IMG/VR virus record: IMGVR_UViG_2660238548_000014
Span: 1 to 21,173 of that record
Source: a virus
Taxonomy: Duplodnaviria; Heunggongvirae; Uroviricota; Caudoviricetes
DNA: 21,173 nt
Direction: 5' to 3' (one strand)
Both the position numbers and the translations under genes were made by a program. Every line of letters starts with the position of its first letter. The first letter of the stretch is position 1. This document shows, piece by piece, positions 16,969 to 21,173 of the stretch. The notes beneath the pieces were generated by a model, which was not told where the DNA came from, made no database searches, and worked only from the letters and a program-made list of their open reading frames with translations.

Positions 16969-17385
16969 ATGGAAACCCTATTCAAAGTTTTTGAAAAATT
17001 TAGTTCCAGACCACTTTTTTTTATTTTTTTCGGACTCTCACTTTGTGAATTTTTTCAGAAACAATCTGTTCTGATGAATCCATCAGCAGATAACATCGCG
17101 AAATTATTCGCAGCCATGATATTAGTTGTTTTTTTTACTTGGGGATTTGAATGGCTAATCTTCAAGTTCAATGTAAACCTTGAACCTCATGATCAAGGCG
17201 ATATTGGACCAACAATTGGAACGGCTACTTTAGCTGTATACTTAGTTTATGCCTTTCACTTTCTCAGTGAAAATCCTGAAGCATTAAATTTAAAGTTATT
17301 AACTAACTCTGGCTTTATATACAGCACAACTCTATTATTATTCTCATTAGAATGCATGAAGCTTAGAAGACTTAAACAAAAATAA
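16969..17385 (+). CDS. hypothetical small membrane protein
   Basis: 138-aa ORF with a GAAGG RBS, several hydrophobic helices, AT-rich codon usage. Convergent with the two-gene module. Confidence 0.55.
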   Translation: METLFKVFEKFSSRPLFFIFFGLSLCEFFQKQSVLMNPSADNIAKLFAAMILVVFFTWGFEWLIFKFNVNLEPHDQGDIGPTIGTATLAVYLVYAFHFLSENPEALNLKLLTNSGFIYSTTLLLFSLECMKLRRLKQK

Positions 17386-17456
17386 ACAACATCATTGTGA
17401 TGATAAATATAAAATAGGCATGGCGAAAAAAAATCACCACGCCTAAAATATAATAA

Positions 17457-19205
17457 TTATGGTAGCATCATTGATACATAATCCACACCAATCCTTGAGC
17501 TATACTGAGACGCTATAGCCTGATATCTTTCTGCATAACCAGTTCTCAGTTGAGATTTAAGTTTGAGTCGGACAGGAACATTTTGCACGTTGCCATCCAT
17601 ATTACTTAAAAACACGGCAGAAATAATATTTTTTTCTTCGCCATCAACTGTTGTTCCATGATTCAACACCACCATATAATCAACAACAGGAAGCGTTTTA
17701 TCCCCTTCGAAAATAGAGAGATATTTTCTTTGATTTTTATGCATTACATATATATATTTCGAATATTCAGCAAATGGCAATGCTTTACTCTGACTGGCGT
17801 TAAAAAGCTCCAGAACTTTAATGAGCCTGTGCGGACTTAATCTTACATGGTGAGGGTCGTTACCCTGAGTAGGAACCAAATCACATGCCGCAGATACACA
17901 TAAATACCATTTGTTCGACTCTGTATCAAAGAAAATAGTGCCAGTAGAAATATGACCATCTTCAAAATTCTTTGAAGACAAATTCATATTTAAAGCATGA
18001 TACATTTCGTGATAAGTATCATTATTTGATGGCAGATCCATTTTTGAAGAGCAATATTGGAGCAATGCAGCAACTCCGCTGTTAGCGTATTCATTTGAAT
18101 AGCTATCAAAAACACTTTTGATAAATTCATCCAGCGTATTATTATTTTTAAGTCTTTGATAAAGCTCTTCTGATAAATTACCAAATACAAAGTCAATATT
18201 TCTACATCTAATATCAGGCGAGTCTGATTTTAATATCTCATTTAACCACGCAGCTTGACCGTAATGATCGTTAGCCAAATGATTTACAAAAGATAAAGCC
18301 TCAGCTTCGATTGCATTCTGAATTTCAGATTTTATTAACTGATAATAAGATGGTTTCCATTCAATGAGAGAATCATTGAGAGTTTGCCAAATCCTATCTC
18401 CATCGTTTTCATGATCATCTTGAACCTTATGAAATAGGGAGACAAAGATATTACCACATTGAATCCATTTTACTCCGCTTTCATCACCCCGAATGACATT
18501 GCCAGATGTGTTGCTAGAAATAATTGCATTTCTAGACACAGCATATTCTGCAATCATTTTTGCAATGAAGTTTTTATCCTTTTGATCCTCCAACACAGCA
18601 TCATCATGTATTAATCTTTTAATTCTTCTACAAGGCTTACTGTCTTTAATATAGGCTATTGTTTCATCTCTTGTGAGAGCTTTATTACCATTATCATTTA
18701 AGTTCGGTAATACAACGTCTTCCCAATAACTTTGGACATCTTCATTATCGTAGTCAATGATCAAGCTGTTGATATCCAGAGCACCTTTGAGAGTCGATGA
18801 TATCTGCATCCAAACCGTTTCTAAATTCTCTCTAGTATATATTACAATCATATTTAAATGATCGGAGTCTTTCAAATCTTGTAATAGTTTAAGTGTTTTA
18901 TCAGGTGCATTATTATCAAGATGATAATCTACAATAATAAGATCTGATTTTCTAATCCGATCCACATCGAAATTAACAGAACCATTGTCAACATCACAAA
19001 TCATATTTTTAGATTGAAAAAAGCTCTCAAGAGTAGCGGCTCGTTTAGATGAGTCAATTTTGTTGTAGTCTAAATCAACTTCGTTATTCAACGCCCTGAT
19101 TGATTCAGAATACGTCAGAAAATCGTCATCAATCATGACAACGGAACGAATTGCATTTTCGCAGAAAGTTTTCTGGACAAGAGAATTATAATTTGCCACT
19201 GTCAT
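17457..19205 (-). CDS. receiver (REC)-like domain protein with ~430-aa C-terminal domain of unknown function
   Basis: The likely start is the ATG at 19205 (GGAG 7 nt upstream), 1 nt after the upstream stop. The N-terminus has receiver-like elements: SVVMIDDD, DLIIVDYHL (candidate phospho-acceptor Asp) and NMIVIYT. The remainder has no motif I recognise. Confidence 0.65.
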   Translation of the reverse strand: MTVANYNSLVQKTFCENAIRSVVMIDDDFLTYSESIRALNNEVDLDYNKIDSSKRAATLESFFQSKNMICDVDNGSVNFDVDRIRKSDLIIVDYHLDNNAPDKTLKLLQDLKDSDHLNMIVIYTRENLETVWMQISSTLKGALDINSLIIDYDNEDVQSYWEDVVLPNLNDNGNKALTRDETIAYIKDSKPCRRIKRLIHDDAVLEDQKDKNFIAKMIAEYAVSRNAIISSNTSGNVIRGDESGVKWIQCGNIFVSLFHKVQDDHENDGDRIWQTLNDSLIEWKPSYYQLIKSEIQNAIEAEALSFVNHLANDHYGQAAWLNEILKSDSPDIRCRNIDFVFGNLSEELYQRLKNNNTLDEFIKSVFDSYSNEYANSGVAALLQYCSSKMDLPSNNDTYHEMYHALNMNLSSKNFEDGHISTGTIFFDTESNKWYLCVSAACDLVPTQGNDPHHVRLSPHRLIKVLELFNASQSKALPFAEYSKYIYVMHKNQRKYLSIFEGDKTLPVVDYMVVLNHGTTVDGEEKNIISAVFLSNMDGNVQNVPVRLKLKSQLRTGYAERYQAIASQYSSRIGVDYVSMMLP

Positions 19206-19206
19206 A

Positions 19207-20925
19207 TTAGAACTCCACTCCATTGAACTGGATCACAAAATTAGCGCCATCTTTTATTAAATAGTTATCGCCTTCATCAGGTTCTAAATACCATATTTTA
19301 TGATGTGCAACAGCAAGGTTTTCTCGACATAGATACAGACCTACCCCATGTCCATTTGCTCTTTTGCTATAAAATAGTTCAAATAGTCGCGGGATATCAT
19401 CGGTATCAATTGCCGGACCAGAATTTGCTATGATAACCAAAGAATTCACAAAACCAATCTTTATGAGCCTATTATTTGACAGACTGACCCAATACATTGC
19501 ATTGTTGATAATATTAGTAAAAACAGGATAGATCCTTGATGGTATATCTGTTATTGCGATTTGCTTAAACTCTTCACTAAATTCAATAGTTATTCGTTGC
19601 CGTTCGAAACGCTCCCCAAAGAACTTCAGGACATAATCCATGATATTTTTTCCAGTTATTCTCTGCCTGGATTGATAACCTGATATTTTCAAAGGTGATA
19701 AGAAACGTATTTGTTGAGTAAGCGATCTGTGAGCATTTAACGCCAATGAAAAACCAGGGTGTTCTTTTACAGAAGTAGGAAGAGAGTTTAGTCCTCTGGT
19801 TACCATAGAATCCATTTCTTCAAGTTCATGAGATATTATCTCAACACTAATACCTAACTGTGCAAGCGCGTTTAAACTTTTAGCTTTTTCTTCAAAATAT
19901 GAGCGTTCTTCTTCAGATAATGAGAATGCTGAATCTAAGTTTATACCTTCAAATAATCTATCGAGACCTTTTATTATTGATTGATATTTGAAAGTTAGGG
20001 TATCAACTGACTCAACATATAAACTATCGAGCAAATTAAACACATTTTCAATTTGTGAATCATTATCTATTGAATCAACAACTGATATAGTTTTAGCATA
20101 ATAATCACTTCGATCAACCTTTATTTCATCGGCCCATTTTTTTAAAAGAGAATGTATCTTCTCCTCTATCGTGTTATTAAACTTAGTTAGTTTAGAATTA
20201 ATAATACCTTGATTTTTTTCAAGGTGATTTTTCGCTGACAATGAAGGCTCAAGTTTATTTAATTCAGAATCAAGTTTATTAATTGCTAACTTCATTTGTA
20301 GAATATACGCAGAGAACTCATTAAATTTATCTCTGTAGTCTCTATATTTCTCTTCATACATTCCAAGTTTTGGAGGTTTGATAGGCGTTTTAATTTCACT
20401 GCGCAACGCATCTAAGTTTGTAAGATCACTGTCTATAATTTTAAGATAGTTTAAATCTAACGAACCATCAGTTTTATCAAGCTTAGTTTTCAGCCTTTTA
20501 ACAGCCTCCAAGGAAGCATCAAGAACTGGTGTCTGATTCTTCAAAGCTTCTGAAAAACTTTTTTGTGTTGATTTTCGAGCTTGTTGTTGAGCAGATTTTC
20601 TTAACTCTTTTTCACGCTTAACTTGTTCTAAAAGCTCTTTACGGTCATCAGAACGTGAACCAAAAAATCTATCAGCAAGTTCAGTTAACAAATTAGATAT
20701 AATAGTTTTCAGTTCTCTTGCAGCCTGGTTTCTTATGAATCCCTCTCTCCCCGACTTATCTTTCAGCTCTTTATTACTGGATTGAGTAATTCCAATATAA
20801 CCAAAAATCCTTCTATTAGACCAATAATATCGCCCTGCATTCCATGAACGTCTTTCTTCTATCTGGAAGAAATCATTATCTACTCGACCATAAGGTAATA
20901 CTCTCAAGCTATCCCTAAAAATCAT
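19207..20925 (-). CDS. cytoplasmic histidine-kinase-like ATPase; 5' end probably truncated by IS3
   Basis: H-box-like EIISHELEE (His codon at 19828..19830), N-box RIYPVFTNIINNAMYW, G1/F-box IIANSGPAID...LFELFYS and G2-box GHGVGLYLCREN, in canonical order and spacing. No transmembrane segment. The frame stays open upstream of the first ATG as far as 21046, with no start codon. Confidence 0.7.
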   Translation of the reverse strand: MIFRDSLRVLPYGRVDNDFFQIEERRSWNAGRYYWSNRRIFGYIGITQSSNKELKDKSGREGFIRNQAARELKTIISNLLTELADRFFGSRSDDRKELLEQVKREKELRKSAQQQARKSTQKSFSEALKNQTPVLDASLEAVKRLKTKLDKTDGSLDLNYLKIIDSDLTNLDALRSEIKTPIKPPKLGMYEEKYRDYRDKFNEFSAYILQMKLAINKLDSELNKLEPSLSAKNHLEKNQGIINSKLTKFNNTIEEKIHSLLKKWADEIKVDRSDYYAKTISVVDSIDNDSQIENVFNLLDSLYVESVDTLTFKYQSIIKGLDRLFEGINLDSAFSLSEEERSYFEEKAKSLNALAQLGISVEIISHELEEMDSMVTRGLNSLPTSVKEHPGFSLALNAHRSLTQQIRFLSPLKISGYQSRQRITGKNIMDYVLKFFGERFERQRITIEFSEEFKQIAITDIPSRIYPVFTNIINNAMYWVSLSNNRLIKIGFVNSLVIIANSGPAIDTDDIPRLFELFYSKRANGHGVGLYLCRENLAVAHHKIWYLEPDEGDNYLIKDGANFVIQFNGVEF

Positions 20926-21046
20926 TAGTCCTGCATACTTTTTGGCCTTAAGATCAAAGTGGGAATGTTCACGTTCAGTATGTGATGTATTTTGTGAAAG
21001 GAATTCAAACGTTCCTATCTGAAGCTCAAATGGGCCGACCCCTGCG

Positions 21047-21173
21047 TGATCCTACCCACGTAATATGGACACAGGCCTAAGCGAGGTTCTTGTTTTCAAA
21101 TTGTTCCGGACTGAGGCCGCCACACCAACTGTGCCGCCGCCACCGATTGTAATCACATTCGATATAATTAAAC
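21047..21173 (-). mobile_element. IS3 element, right end (terminal inverted repeat plus 3' end of transposase orfB); continues beyond the window
   Basis: Plus strand from 21047 reads TGATCCTACCCACGTAATATGGACACAGGCCTAAGCGAGG..., matching the IS3 terminal repeat as recalled. The minus-strand translation ends ...[31 protein letters not shown]-stop. Confidence 0.75.
21077..21173 (-). CDS. IS3 transposase OrfB (InsF-like), C-terminal fragment
   Basis: The minus-strand frame gives ...[31 protein letters not shown] with its stop at 21079..21077. The N-terminal part is outside the window. Confidence 0.7.

Noticed and set aside
17400-17456. Possible bidirectional terminator between the convergent membrane-protein and receiver-protein genes
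   Set aside because: Only a 4-5-bp stem around an A8 run could be drawn; too weak to call.
17658-18196. Short ORFs on both strands inside the receiver-domain gene
   Set aside because: Embedded within the 582-aa coding frame. AT-rich sequence produces short chance ORFs.
20923-20925. Treating the ATG at 20925 as the native start of the kinase-like gene
   Set aside because: Not accepted as certain. The frame stays open upstream to the IS3 boundary without any start codon and the SD is weak and too close, so truncation is the favoured reading. It is kept as the minimal CDS boundary.

Overview
The window holds two adjacent horizontally acquired elements. (1) Positions 1 to ~15535 are the early/immunity arm of a mosaic lambdoid prophage, shown reverse-complemented relative to the standard lambda map. 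A lambda-type block (tR2, ren, P, O with ori iterons, oop, cII, cro, OR/pR/pRM, cI, rexA, rexB, OL/pL, nutL, N, sieB) is flanked by non-lambda modules: a nin region with a Dam-type methyltransferase and a Lar-like protein on one side, and an Erf/SSB recombination module, accessory genes and a different xis/int pair on the other. The prophage ends at a 26-nt copy of the 3' end of ssrA (tmRNA). (2) Immediately after that repeat lies a P4/CP4-57-type integrase followed by AT-rich cargo: a small membrane protein and a tightly coupled two-gene operon encoding a cytoplasmic histidine-kinase-like ATPase and a receiver-domain protein with a large unrecognised C-terminal domain. The kinase-like gene abuts the terminal inverted repeat of an IS3 element at the window edge and appears 5'-truncated by it. 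This two-gene module is the best candidate for an undescribed signalling-based defence system. All lambda and IS3 identifications rest on recall of those sequences and on motifs read from the translations; no database search was run.
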